From the IMG/VR virus record IMGVR_UViG_3300020421_002453, positions 9,097-73,096 of that record: a stretch of 64,000 nucleotides of DNA; one strand, given 5' to 3'. The notes beneath the pieces were generated by a model. The model was not told the origin of the DNA and did not search any database. It saw nothing but the letters and a program-made list of their open reading frames with translations. Origin of the DNA: a virus. A program made the position numbers and the translations under genes. Shown one piece after another: positions 27,737-37,087 of the stretch (its first letter is position 1; the number at the start of each line of letters is the position of its first letter).

Positions 27737-30001
27737 ATGTCAACGCAGATAACAAGAACAAAAGAATTTATAAATTATATTACAGGTAGTGCTGGTGGAT
27801 GGCCATCATTATCAAATGCTGGAATTCTTGGTAATATAGACTATGTCATAGAAAGTGGTTCCAACGAAGTAAAATTTATAGAAATGAATACCAACATTGG
27901 AATTATTGGTAGTGCAGCAATACAAACAGGTAGTTACTTCGATGTAATATCAGATTATGCAAATGAAAAAGGATATACGACTACTTATGTTTACGGAGTT
28001 AATCAGAATGGTAAAAAAAATCCATCAACACTTCAACAACCATTAATTAGTGAGAGTTTTGCACGACATGATATACCGACCAATTTTGAATACAACAATA
28101 ATACATCACACACTTATTTTTCACAAACAGGTCAAGCACAATATTCAGGTAGTTTCCACTTATTTATACAAACGCCTTGGTATGGTGATGATAATTTAAA
28201 AAGTATAGTTAGTGGTTCATTTAATAAAACTACATTTAGAACATTCTTGGGTAATTCACCATTTAGTTCTTCTTTGATATCATTATTTGATAAGGATAAT
28301 TATACACCAAATAATAATTATCCAGATTATGTAGTTAAAACTGCAACTCAAGATTCGAGTATTCAAACTAATAAAATTGGTTTTTACACATACAATTCAA
28401 CAAGTTCAAGTTATCAAAACGGAGTTGATAGTGGTTCTTTGATAGAAGAATATATTGTTCATAGTGGAAGTTATAAAGAGGGGCAATCATTCTTGGGTGT
28501 AGGTAAAATAGATTTTATGTTGACACCAGAAAAGGTTGTTGTGTTTGGTGATAGAGATGCTGGTAAAGATATTAAACTAAAACCGACAAAAACAGATAGT
28601 TGGGATTATATATCACGAAGAGCAAAAACATCTGCAAGTGGTAGTTTAATTAAAATGTATGATGGTTCAACAAAACAAGTTCAAGATGTTGAAGTTGGAG
28701 ATGTTGTTTTAAGTTATCAACCATATGGAATGCCAGATGAAACAAAAGATTATTTATCTTATACCACAACAGATTTAAGTGGTTCCACAACACAAGGTTC
28801 TATTGTTGTAGAAGCAATGAACACAAAAAATTATGGATATTATTTAATCAATGATAGTATTAAAGCACCTTATAATTTACAACAGGCAAGTAGTGATGTT
28901 AGATATTTTGTAAAACAAGGAGATACTTGGGAATGGATAACAACAGATGTTATTAGTACTGGAGATTATCTTTTAGACCCAAGTGGTAATGAAGTAGAAG
29001 TTGTATCAAAGACAGAACATGATGGTGATGAACTTTGGTATTCATTAGATGTTGAGGATATTGATACTTACTTCCAATCAAATATATTGGTTCATAATAT
29101 TCCACCGAAATGTTTTGTAGCAGGAACACCAATCACTATGGGTGATGGAACTACAAAAGTTATTGAAAGAGTTGAAATTGGTGATGAAGTTATGAATTAT
29201 AATTTCAAAGATGAAGAAGTTCAGACAGGTAAAGTTACCACGATTGATATGCCAATTCATGCTGATATTATAGAAATAAGTTTTAATAGTAAAACTACTA
29301 AAAATACCTTTGACCATCCTTATTGGGTTGTTGGAAAGGGTTGGAGTTCATATAAACCAGAGTGGACTAAAAAACGATATGATATAGAATCAAACCAATT
29401 AGAAGTTGGTGATAAGTGTTTAGAACTTCGTGATGGTAAATTAGTGGAAAGAGAAATTACTAATATTGTTGAAGATATAAATCCAGTCCAAACTTATTCA
29501 TTAGAAATAACAACAAACCATAACTATTTTGCAAATGATGTATTAGTTCATAACAAATTCTGTTTAATGGAAGACCAAGTAATTAATATGGGAGATGGTG
29601 TTTATAAAAGAATTGATGAGGTAGAATTAGGTGAAAGTATTTTACAATACGATGAAGAAACTGAAGAGTTTAAAGAGGGTAAAGTAAATGTTATAAGAAA
29701 GAAACTACATGATAATTGTTATGGAATCAAAGTTGAAAGTGGACAAACAATTAAAGCAACTGATAACCATCCATTTTTATTGAGAGATAAAGGTTGGTCT
29801 ACAATTGGTGAAAACAATCCAACATTTTTACAAGATGGTGGTGGTATTATAAAAGTTGGTGATTATGTTAGAGATATAGATGGATGGGTAGAAATTGTAG
29901 AAATCAATAAAATTGAGGGAGAATATACAACATATAACTTGTTAGAACAAGATTATGGAACTATTATTGCTCATGATATTGTAACTCACAATTCACCTTA
30001 A
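27737..30001 (+). CDS. Permuted ATP-grasp-like domain fused to three tandem Hint (intein-like) domains
   Basis: The N-domain has NIDY...KFIEMNTN before PDYVVK and LIEEYI. Hint1 28628-29098 (T..SGSLIKMYDG...LVHN), linker IPPK; Hint2 29111-29554 (CFVAGT...TFDHP...LVHN), linker KF; Hint3 29561-29992 (CLMED...TDNHP...VTHN), tail SP. Confidence 0.85.
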   Translation: MSTQITRTKEFINYITGSAGGWPSLSNAGILGNIDYVIESGSNEVKFIEMNTNIGIIGSAAIQTGSYFDVISDYANEKGYTTTYVYGVNQNGKKNPSTLQQPLISESFARHDIPTNFEYNNNTSHTYFSQTGQAQYSGSFHLFIQTPWYGDDNLKSIVSGSFNKTTFRTFLGNSPFSSSLISLFDKDNYTPNNNYPDYVVKTATQDSSIQTNKIGFYTYNSTSSSYQNGVDSGSLIEEYIVHSGSYKEGQSFLGVGKIDFMLTPEKVVVFGDRDAGKDIKLKPTKTDSWDYISRRAKTSASGSLIKMYDGSTKQVQDVEVGDVVLSYQPYGMPDETKDYLSYTTTDLSGSTTQGSIVVEAMNTKNYGYYLINDSIKAPYNLQQASSDVRYFVKQGDTWEWITTDVISTGDYLLDPSGNEVEVVSKTEHDGDELWYSLDVEDIDTYFQSNILVHNIPPKCFVAGTPITMGDGTTKVIERVEIGDEVMNYNFKDEEVQTGKVTTIDMPIHADIIEISFNSKTTKNTFDHPYWVVGKGWSSYKPEWTKKRYDIESNQLEVGDKCLELRDGKLVEREITNIVEDINPVQTYSLEITTNHNYFANDVLVHNKFCLMEDQVINMGDGVYKRIDEVELGESILQYDEETEEFKEGKVNVIRKKLHDNCYGIKVESGQTIKATDNHPFLLRDKGWSTIGENNPTFLQDGGGIIKVGDYVRDIDGWVEIVEINKIEGEYTTYNLLEQDYGTIIAHDIVTHNSP

Positions 30002-30022
30002 TAAAAACTAAAAAGGTTGTAA

Positions 30023-30643
30023 ATGAAACTAAACGATGATTTCAAATACTCAATACAAATACCTACATTTTTATCACACGAAAAGTGTGATGAATTAATA
30101 GAACAAATAACCACAACAGAAGAAGTTGTAACAGGTGGAGTTGGTGGTGAGTGTGGTGAAGCAGCAATCATACCAGAGATACGAGTTACAGAGGAGTGGT
30201 ATTTATTTGACCAACCAGATAATAGATTAAGACCTGATAAATGTAATAATGATTGGAAATGGTTACAAGATAAAATATATCAAGTTGTAAAAATGGTTAA
30301 TCAAGGTGTTTTTAAGTTTGATATTGAAGGTGCTGATGATGAATTGAAACTCATAAAATATCACGAGGGTGGATTTTATGGTTGGCATACAGATTTCAAT
30401 GCAGGTAGTTGTTCCAATAGAAAACTTGTGGCAATCGTTCAATTGACAGACCCAAGTGAATACGAGGGTGGTGAAGTTCAATTTGGTATCCAAGATAAAC
30501 ATACAAAAGAGTGGTATACAATGAACCAATTAAAAGGTTCTCTAACAATATTTCCTACATTCTTATCTCATAATGTTACACCAGTCACTAAAGGAACAAG
30601 ATATGTTTTACAAGAATTATTCATCGGAGACCACTTCAGATGA
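30023..30643 (+). CDS. 2OG-Fe(II) oxygenase (prolyl-4-hydroxylase/PKHD-like)
   Basis: Y..GGFYGWHTD, RKL...VQL..PSEYEGG, FP.FLSHNVTPVTKGTRY. Confidence 0.9.
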   Translation: MKLNDDFKYSIQIPTFLSHEKCDELIEQITTTEEVVTGGVGGECGEAAIIPEIRVTEEWYLFDQPDNRLRPDKCNNDWKWLQDKIYQVVKMVNQGVFKFDIEGADDELKLIKYHEGGFYGWHTDFNAGSCSNRKLVAIVQLTDPSEYEGGEVQFGIQDKHTKEWYTMNQLKGSLTIFPTFLSHNVTPVTKGTRYVLQELFIGDHFR

Positions 30644-31254
30644 TAGAGAATATAACACAAAAGAAAAACTTTAAGTTTGTAGTTCACAAAGATAACTTTT
30701 TAACTGAACAAAGATGTGATGAACTAATCAAAATGTTTGATAATTCAGAACAATATAAAGCGACGGTAGCAGGAACTTATACAGGAAGTGGTGCTGATGT
30801 AGTAAATGAAAGTGTTCGTAAAGTTCAAGAGGTTAGATTTAAGGACGATGTGATACTATCAGGTGGATTCAATCTAAACAAAAATATAAATATGGCTTGT
30901 GAAATGGCAAATTTATTATTCTTTAACTTCGATGTATCAAATCAATTATCCAATATTCGTATGTTAAGATACGAGGATACAGGTAAATACGATTGGCATT
31001 TAGATATAGGAAACGAAGAAACATCAGTTCGTAAAATCACTGCAATTGTTCAGTTGTCTGATGGAAATGATTATGAGGGTGGAAATTTTGAATTTAGTAT
31101 GACTGATGAAACAGGAGAGAATTTAGCAGTAGGTAGTAGAAAAAAAGGAAGTATTATATTGTTTCCATCTTACTTAGGACATAGAGTATCACCATTAACG
31201 AGTGGTGTTAGATATTCAGTATTGACTTGGATGTTGGGAAATGCATTTAAATAA
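30640..31254 (+). CDS. 2OG-Fe(II) oxygenase (prolyl-4-hydroxylase/PKHD-like)
   Basis: YDWHLD, RKIT..VQLS...DYEGG, FPSYLGHRVSPLTSGVRYS...W. Confidence 0.9.
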   Translation: MIENITQKKNFKFVVHKDNFLTEQRCDELIKMFDNSEQYKATVAGTYTGSGADVVNESVRKVQEVRFKDDVILSGGFNLNKNINMACEMANLLFFNFDVSNQLSNIRMLRYEDTGKYDWHLDIGNEETSVRKITAIVQLSDGNDYEGGNFEFSMTDETGENLAVGSRKKGSIILFPSYLGHRVSPLTSGVRYSVLTWMLGNAFK

Positions 31255-31882
31255 AGTATTAGTATTAGGTTGTAGTCGTAGTGGTACAACAGAGTTTTGT
31301 AAAACACTACAAGAAGTTTCATCAAAGAAATTTGTATGGGAGTTTGGGTTTGATGACAATCTCAATAAATTAGTTAGTGGTTTAGGTATTACAGAATTTT
31401 TAGATAGAATATACAAAGATAAAAATACTCTTGGAATCAAGTATGGTGTTTATCCACAGAAAAAAATACATTTAGATTTGATAGATTCTCATGATATTGT
31501 TTTTTTCTTATCAAGAAGAAATGTATTTGAACAGGCAATTTCATTGAACTTAGCAAAAAGAACGGATAAGTGGAGACCAATAGATTTTGGAGTTGAAACA
31601 TTTTCACAAAAAGAAAAAGATGAATACAACAAGTTAAAAATTGAAAAGATTGAGGTTGAAGATATAAAAAAAGATATACAAGGTATTAAAGAAGCATCAA
31701 TCAAGGTTATTGATTATTTAAAAAATCACAAGAGTTCAAGGATATTATTTTATGAAGATTTATTTGGATTCTTTTCAGGTGTGAAATTAAATACACAAAC
31801 GAATTATGAAAATATTGAGAACTGGCAAGAACTGAAAACTTTTTATGAAGAGAATAAAGATTTTTGTTATTTTGACTTATAA
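31241..31882 (+). CDS. PAPS-dependent sulfotransferase (Stf0-like)
   Basis: 5'-PSB loop GCSRSGTT; 3'-PB motif LSRRNVFEQAIS; YEDL. Confidence 0.8.
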   Translation: MHLNKVLVLGCSRSGTTEFCKTLQEVSSKKFVWEFGFDDNLNKLVSGLGITEFLDRIYKDKNTLGIKYGVYPQKKIHLDLIDSHDIVFFLSRRNVFEQAISLNLAKRTDKWRPIDFGVETFSQKEKDEYNKLKIEKIEVEDIKKDIQGIKEASIKVIDYLKNHKSSRILFYEDLFGFFSGVKLNTQTNYENIENWQELKTFYEENKDFCYFDL

Positions 31883-31914
31883 GTTCTATATTTATTTATA
31901 TCTAAAAGGTTATT

Positions 31915-32346
31915 ATGAAAACAAAATCGTTATTCGACCATATTAAACAAATAACAAATGTACAAAACACATTGTATTGGGATTCACTCAATGATGGTGA
32001 TAAGAAAAGCTGGAGCAACTATATGGTTCATCGTTTTCTTAGTATGAAATCAGAGTGGATTCAGGTTGTAAATGAAATACAAAAGTATTGGGAATTGAAT
32101 CCTAAGAATGTGTATCAATTTTACATAGATATGTTACCACGAGGTAGAACATTCTTAAAGTATACGAAATCTAAAAAGAAATCAAAAGTTGAGAAGTGGG
32201 CTATGGAACATTTAGTAGATTACTTTCAATGTAGTACACGAGAAGTAGAACAGCACTTAGATATTTTGACTAAAGAACAAGTTATCAGTATCATAATGAG
32301 ATATGGAGTAGATGATAAACAATTAAAAAAGATATGGACGAAGTAG
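31915..32346 (+). CDS. gp62: Clamp loader small subunit (T4 gp62-like)
   Basis: LFDHI..I...YMVHRFLSM...VNEIQ...YQFY...LP.G..F.KY.K pattern; near gp44/gp45. Confidence 0.7.
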   Translation: MKTKSLFDHIKQITNVQNTLYWDSLNDGDKKSWSNYMVHRFLSMKSEWIQVVNEIQKYWELNPKNVYQFYIDMLPRGRTFLKYTKSKKKSKVEKWAMEHLVDYFQCSTREVEQHLDILTKEQVISIIMRYGVDDKQLKKIWTK

Positions 32347-33134
32347 TGGAGAATATTTATTGGACTGGTGGATTTGATTCTACATTCTTAGTTTGTAAAA
32401 GGTTAATTATAGAAAAGAAACCAATTGAAACATACTATTTGAATTTTCCATGTGATGGTTATCAACATAATTACAATAGATTTGATTCAAGTAATTTTCA
32501 TAATTGTATGATTGATAATGAATTGAATGCTGTTGATAATGACCCATATGGTAGAAAAAGTTATGGTAGATATAGTAGATTAGTAGAAGTAGAAGTAATG
32601 AATAAATTAAGAGAAATGATTATCGATAAATTCCCATACACCAAAGAGTTGTTTCCTAAAGTGAATTTGGTTAAAGAATTTGAAATTGATTCTGAAGTCT
32701 TAAATGATTCAAAAGTTATTTGTGATGAGTATAATTCAAGACCTGATAGACCAGACCAAAGTTTGTATATGATACAATTTTCTTTAAATTTAGATAAAGA
32801 TATATCTGTTGCGTGGGAAGCAGATAAGGATGGAGAAGATTATTGTTTATCAACACGATTGGTACGAAAGCATTTAAATAAAAAGTTTAAGGTACATAGT
32901 GATTCGATAAAAGAATTATGGTTGTATAAGAATTGGGTATTACCATTGGTAGAAACTTATAGAGAAGAGATGGTCAACATGGCACAATCTTTTAATTTCA
33001 TAGATATCTTGAAACATACTTGGTCTTGTAGGTTTCCAAAGAAAAACGGAGATGTTTGTGATGATTGTACATTAGATACTAAAGAACTGAAAAGAGTTGA
33101 TAACTACAAGGATATATTATGTATGACTATTTAA
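32334..33134 (+). CDS. QueC-like PP-loop (adenine nucleotide alpha-hydrolase) protein
   Basis: WTGGFDST PP-loop; C-terminal TWSC..P.....CDDC Zn motif. Confidence 0.7.
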   Translation: MDEVVENIYWTGGFDSTFLVCKRLIIEKKPIETYYLNFPCDGYQHNYNRFDSSNFHNCMIDNELNAVDNDPYGRKSYGRYSRLVEVEVMNKLREMIIDKFPYTKELFPKVNLVKEFEIDSEVLNDSKVICDEYNSRPDRPDQSLYMIQFSLNLDKDISVAWEADKDGEDYCLSTRLVRKHLNKKFKVHSDSIKELWLYKNWVLPLVETYREEMVNMAQSFNFIDILKHTWSCRFPKKNGDVCDDCTLDTKELKRVDNYKDILCMTI

Positions 33135-34360
33135 GGGAAATTCCTTTATCATATAGGGAAGAATATAATAATTTAGTTGTCAATGATAATACTATACATC
33201 ATAAAGTTAAGTATCAACTTGTTATATTGGCCTACAAGGAAGAAAATTATATCGGTGATTGTTTAGATTCATTAATCAATCAAACAATATCACCAGATGA
33301 ATTCGAAGTATTGATTATAAATAATTGTCCAAAGGAACAAGAGTTTGATAATACTGAAGATATAGTAAAAGAAAAATTAGATAGATACAAACATAATAAT
33401 ATACATTTAATAAATGTAAAGTTTCCTAAAGAAATTGCAAGTGCAGCCTTGGCAGCAAAATATGGTATGGATTATTCACTATATAGATGGAGTGATTATG
33501 AGGATTTTAATGATGGAATAGTTGCATTTTTTGGAGCGGATAATATTTTTGAAAATCATTATGTTGAGGAAGTAATAAAAACATTTAAGAATCCATCAAA
33601 ATATGAAAACCCACTTCAATTGAATCCGATAGAAGAAGGTGAGGATAGATTAGATATATTGATAACGAATTGTGATAATTATAATTTCTCAAGTTTCGAA
33701 AGAGTAATTGATATTTCAGTACTGAAACCTTATCTAAATAAATTAGAAAGTATGAATGATTTATTGGGAAAGTGGTACTTTAAAAATTTTGATATAAATT
33801 GGGGAGTAAAAAAAGGAACTAAAGAAACCTTAGATGATAATTTATTGTATAGGGTGGATGATGGAAGTTCAGTATGGCCAAAAACATTTAGAGCATCAAT
33901 ATATAATGATTTAGGTGGAGTTGCAATACAACCACAAGAAGAACAGGCTATAATCATAAAGGCCGTATTAAATAATTGTGTTATCAAATATAATGATATG
34001 ACAAAGTTTACTCATGTACATAGGTTAGAAAAACCAAGAGTTCCTGATGGTAGTGCATCACAATGGCATTATGATAGTGCTCAAGCTTATATTAATAAGT
34101 CTGAATTAAAGGCCCACTCTCTTGATTATTGGACTATGAGAAATAACATTGAAAAGTATTTTTACGAAAAAAAATTCTATAGTGGTTGGAGACCAAAGTT
34201 TTTTTTAGAAAAAGATTTAGATAAAATTAAGATAGAATCTGGTGATTCATATTTATATTTTAGAAATAAGTTTATTCACCAATATCAAAGTGAGATAAAT
34301 AAGATTTACAAAAAACAAAACATCAATAAAGTTATTGATGACATAAAGAAAAACCTATAA
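33119..34360 (+). CDS. Glycosyltransferase, GT-A / family 2-like
   Basis: VILAYKEE..I..CL.SL..Q...FEVLIINN...DNT; GAD in place of DxD. Confidence 0.7.
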   Translation: MYDYLREIPLSYREEYNNLVVNDNTIHHKVKYQLVILAYKEENYIGDCLDSLINQTISPDEFEVLIINNCPKEQEFDNTEDIVKEKLDRYKHNNIHLINVKFPKEIASAALAAKYGMDYSLYRWSDYEDFNDGIVAFFGADNIFENHYVEEVIKTFKNPSKYENPLQLNPIEEGEDRLDILITNCDNYNFSSFERVIDISVLKPYLNKLESMNDLLGKWYFKNFDINWGVKKGTKETLDDNLLYRVDDGSSVWPKTFRASIYNDLGGVAIQPQEEQAIIIKAVLNNCVIKYNDMTKFTHVHRLEKPRVPDGSASQWHYDSAQAYINKSELKAHSLDYWTMRNNIEKYFYEKKFYSGWRPKFFLEKDLDKIKIESGDSYLYFRNKFIHQYQSEINKIYKKQNINKVIDDIKKNL

Positions 34361-34377
34361 ATGAAATGGAGTAAGTA

Positions 34378-34938
34378 ATGGGAAGTAATTATAGAAATGA
34401 AGAATCTTTCTACATGAAAGAAATGGAATGGGGTGTAAACTCTAAAACAAATACCACTTATATGAATTATGAGTTTGATATAGATTCATTATATTCCACA
34501 ATGGTTAAGTGTGATTATTTAGTTCGAGTAAATCCTAACACACCAATCAATCTAAAGATTGCATCATATGGCGGAGATGTTTATGCCATGTTAGGTTTGG
34601 TTGATTATGTTAAAGGATTATCCGTACCAGTAAATACTCATTGTGTTGGTGCTTGTATGAGTGCTGCTTCAGTATTATTGGCAAGTGGTACAGGTACAAG
34701 AACAATGACAAAACACTCAACCGTAATGGTTCACGAGGGTTCAGCATTTGAGGCAGGTAAAACTACAGATGTTATGAAAGGTGTTGACCACTTAAAAACA
34801 CTACAAGGTGAAATTAATAAACTGATGGGTGAAATAACTACTCAGGATGCAAGGTTTTGGGAACTTACACAAAGAAATGATACATACTTAGATGCCAAAC
34901 AATGTTTAGATTATGGAATCATTGATGAGATTATTTAA
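34378..34938 (+). CDS. clpP: ClpP-like protease subunit
   Basis: I.L.I.S.GGDV, G.CMSAAS (catalytic Ser), VMVH, DTYLDA.QCLDYGIIDEI. Confidence 0.85.
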   Translation: MGSNYRNEESFYMKEMEWGVNSKTNTTYMNYEFDIDSLYSTMVKCDYLVRVNPNTPINLKIASYGGDVYAMLGLVDYVKGLSVPVNTHCVGACMSAASVLLASGTGTRTMTKHSTVMVHEGSAFEAGKTTDVMKGVDHLKTLQGEINKLMGEITTQDARFWELTQRNDTYLDAKQCLDYGIIDEII

Positions 34939-34946
34939 AAAAAGAC

Positions 34947-34976
34947 TTGACTTATATAGTAAAAATGTGTTATATT
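34947..34976 (+). promoter_or_regulatory. sigma70-like phage promoter TTGACT-N18-TATATT
   Basis: Identical boxes and spacing at 57488, 61306 and 62340. Confidence 0.75.
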
Positions 34977-34989
34977 AACACATACTTAA

Positions 34990-35382
34990 TTGGAGAATAA
35001 AATGGTAAAGGTTATCAAAGATACACCTAAAGGTAAAACTAAGGTGGATGTTATCGATTATATGGAACAAAAATATCCAGAGATGACATCAGAATTCAAA
35101 AGGATTCAACGAGAACAATATGAATTGTTCTTACACAAACAACATGACTATGGCCCACAGAATATTGCAGTTGGAACTGCATTAGTTAATGATGAAGATA
35201 AGAGATTATCTCTGATGGGAATTTGGTTTAGGATTAATGACAAAGTAGAAAGAATTAAAACCATACTACTTAGAGGTGATGATGGTTCACTAAAGGGTGA
35301 GGGTTTGGTAGATAGTTATTCAGATATATCAAACTATGGAGTTATGGCACAAGTAGTAGCGAGTGGTAAATGGGCAAAATAA
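34990..35382 (+). CDS. Nucleotide-modification-associated domain 1 (DUF1599-like, MazG-related) protein
   Basis: KQHDYG..NI...G...RINDK..R...E...DS..DI.NY motif. Confidence 0.7.
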   Translation: MENKMVKVIKDTPKGKTKVDVIDYMEQKYPEMTSEFKRIQREQYELFLHKQHDYGPQNIAVGTALVNDEDKRLSLMGIWFRINDKVERIKTILLRGDDGSLKGEGLVDSYSDISNYGVMAQVVASGKWAK

Positions 35383-36203
35383 GTTATTCACAATTTGCCA
35401 AGTGGGATAAGTGTCCTTATACTTGGAAACTCGATTATGTAGATAAAGAACAAACCTTTAAAGGTAATATCTACACACTATTTGGTACTGCCATTCATGA
35501 AACCATCCAAGCATATTTAGTATGTTATTATGAAAGAACCATCAAAGAGGCGGATAACTTACCATTGATTGATATATTTAAGTACAGAATGGAAGAGGGT
35601 TACAAGGCCTCTATTGCTCAACATGGTGATGAGTTTCCTGTTACACTTCAAGAGATGAAAGAATTTTACAATGATGGTATTAACATTATTGAAGAGTTCA
35701 AGAAAAGAAAATCAAGCCACTTCCCTAAAAAGAATACTGAAATGTTAGGTATTGAGATTGGGTTGGGTTATGAATTACCTAAGAATCTAAAGTTCGTTGG
35801 TTACATGGATGTGGTATTACATAACAAAGTTACAGGTCGTGTAAAGATTATTGATATCAAAACTGCTACAATGGGTTGGAATAAATACCAAAAGGCAGAT
35901 AAGAACAAAACCAATCAGTTATTATTGTACAAACAATTCTTCTCAAAGGAACGAGATATTCCTATGGATAAGATTGATGTAGAATACTTTATTCTAAAAC
36001 GAAGATTGTATGAGAATATGGACTTCCCACAAAAGAGGATACAAGTATTTACACCAGCAAGTGGAACACCAAGTGTTAACCGAGTTATGAAGAGGTTACA
36101 AGAGTTTATGGATGAGTGTTATGATGATGATGGTGTTATTATTGCAAACGATTATGAGAAGTGTGAGAAGCATAAAAAATGTATTTTATGTAAGGGGTTA
36201 TAG
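35370..36203 (+). CDS. PD-(D/E)xK exonuclease (RecB/Cas4-like)
   Basis: ISYSQ....CP, FGTAIHE, E...GYMD....IIDIKT, QLLLY; C-terminal Cys cluster. Confidence 0.85.
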   Translation: MGKISYSQFAKWDKCPYTWKLDYVDKEQTFKGNIYTLFGTAIHETIQAYLVCYYERTIKEADNLPLIDIFKYRMEEGYKASIAQHGDEFPVTLQEMKEFYNDGINIIEEFKKRKSSHFPKKNTEMLGIEIGLGYELPKNLKFVGYMDVVLHNKVTGRVKIIDIKTATMGWNKYQKADKNKTNQLLLYKQFFSKERDIPMDKIDVEYFILKRRLYENMDFPQKRIQVFTPASGTPSVNRVMKRLQEFMDECYDDDGVIIANDYEKCEKHKKCILCKGL

Positions 36204-36211
36204 TTATTAGT

Positions 36212-36664
36212 ATGAATATTCCAAATGTAACATTAAGAGTTTATATGCCAGATTTCGTGGGTACTTCAAAAGAAGATGAAGTTATCGAGAAGCTATCAGC
36301 TTGTTGCAATAAAGTACCAAATCTAAAGTTATATTTTTGGTATGATAAATCAGATAAAATCAACACAAAAGATTTTATATCCAAATGGGATAGGATACCA
36401 CACCATAATTTTAAAACAATAATTAGACCTCAGTTTTTTGATGCACAAAGAGATTTTATTTGGTATGATATAATACCAGTAAGATTTTATGATAATATAA
36501 CTTATTATAGGTTTGCTTTCAGATACAATACAGGAGTTGATGGAATACTAAATGGTATACAAGACTTCAAGGAAACATTTGATTTCGTAAGTATGGATAA
36601 AGATAAACCTACAAAGAAAAAACAAAAGAGGAATGATGGTGAAGATAGCGATTATAGGGAGTAG
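36212..36664 (+). CDS. Hypothetical protein
   Basis: 150-aa ORF in operon context. Confidence 0.6.
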   Translation: MNIPNVTLRVYMPDFVGTSKEDEVIEKLSACCNKVPNLKLYFWYDKSDKINTKDFISKWDRIPHHNFKTIIRPQFFDAQRDFIWYDIIPVRFYDNITYYRFAFRYNTGVDGILNGIQDFKETFDFVSMDKDKPTKKKQKRNDGEDSDYRE

Positions 36665-37040
36665 AAGCTACACCAATAAACGAAAGGTAAAAGATTTTAT
36701 CTTCAAGTTAAAAGAAAAAGTTGGAGATGATTTAATAATAGTAAGTGGTGGACAAAAAGATGGAGTAGATGGTTATGTTAAGAAGTTTACTTTAGATTTT
36801 GATATGAATTATAGTGAATTTCCACCACAACACTATCCACACAATTTACATTGTGTTAAAGAGAGTTATAATTACGGAAAACCTTATAGGGTATGGAATT
36901 ATCACAAAAGAAACAGAGAAATAGTTGAGTATTGTGATAATATAGTTGCATTTTGTACAAACGGTGAGGTTACAAATGGAACCAAATCGGCTCTCACATA
37001 TTGTGAAAAAATAGAAAAAAAGTATATTATTATTGATTAA
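36633..37040 (+). CDS. SLOG-superfamily (DprA/YspA-like) protein
   Basis: IAIIGSR, IVSGG..DGVD, RNREIV..CD..VAF....GT. Confidence 0.8.
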   Translation: MMVKIAIIGSRSYTNKRKVKDFIFKLKEKVGDDLIIVSGGQKDGVDGYVKKFTLDFDMNYSEFPPQHYPHNLHCVKESYNYGKPYRVWNYHKRNREIVEYCDNIVAFCTNGEVTNGTKSALTYCEKIEKKYIIID

Positions 37041-37087
37041 GTTTATACTTATTATATATACATATATACAACAAGGAAATAGAAATT

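Noticed and set aside
35370-36203. Cas4-like nuclease as evidence of CRISPR-Cas
   Set aside because: No repeat-spacer array or other cas gene was seen; stand-alone Cas4/RecB-like exonucleases are common in phages.
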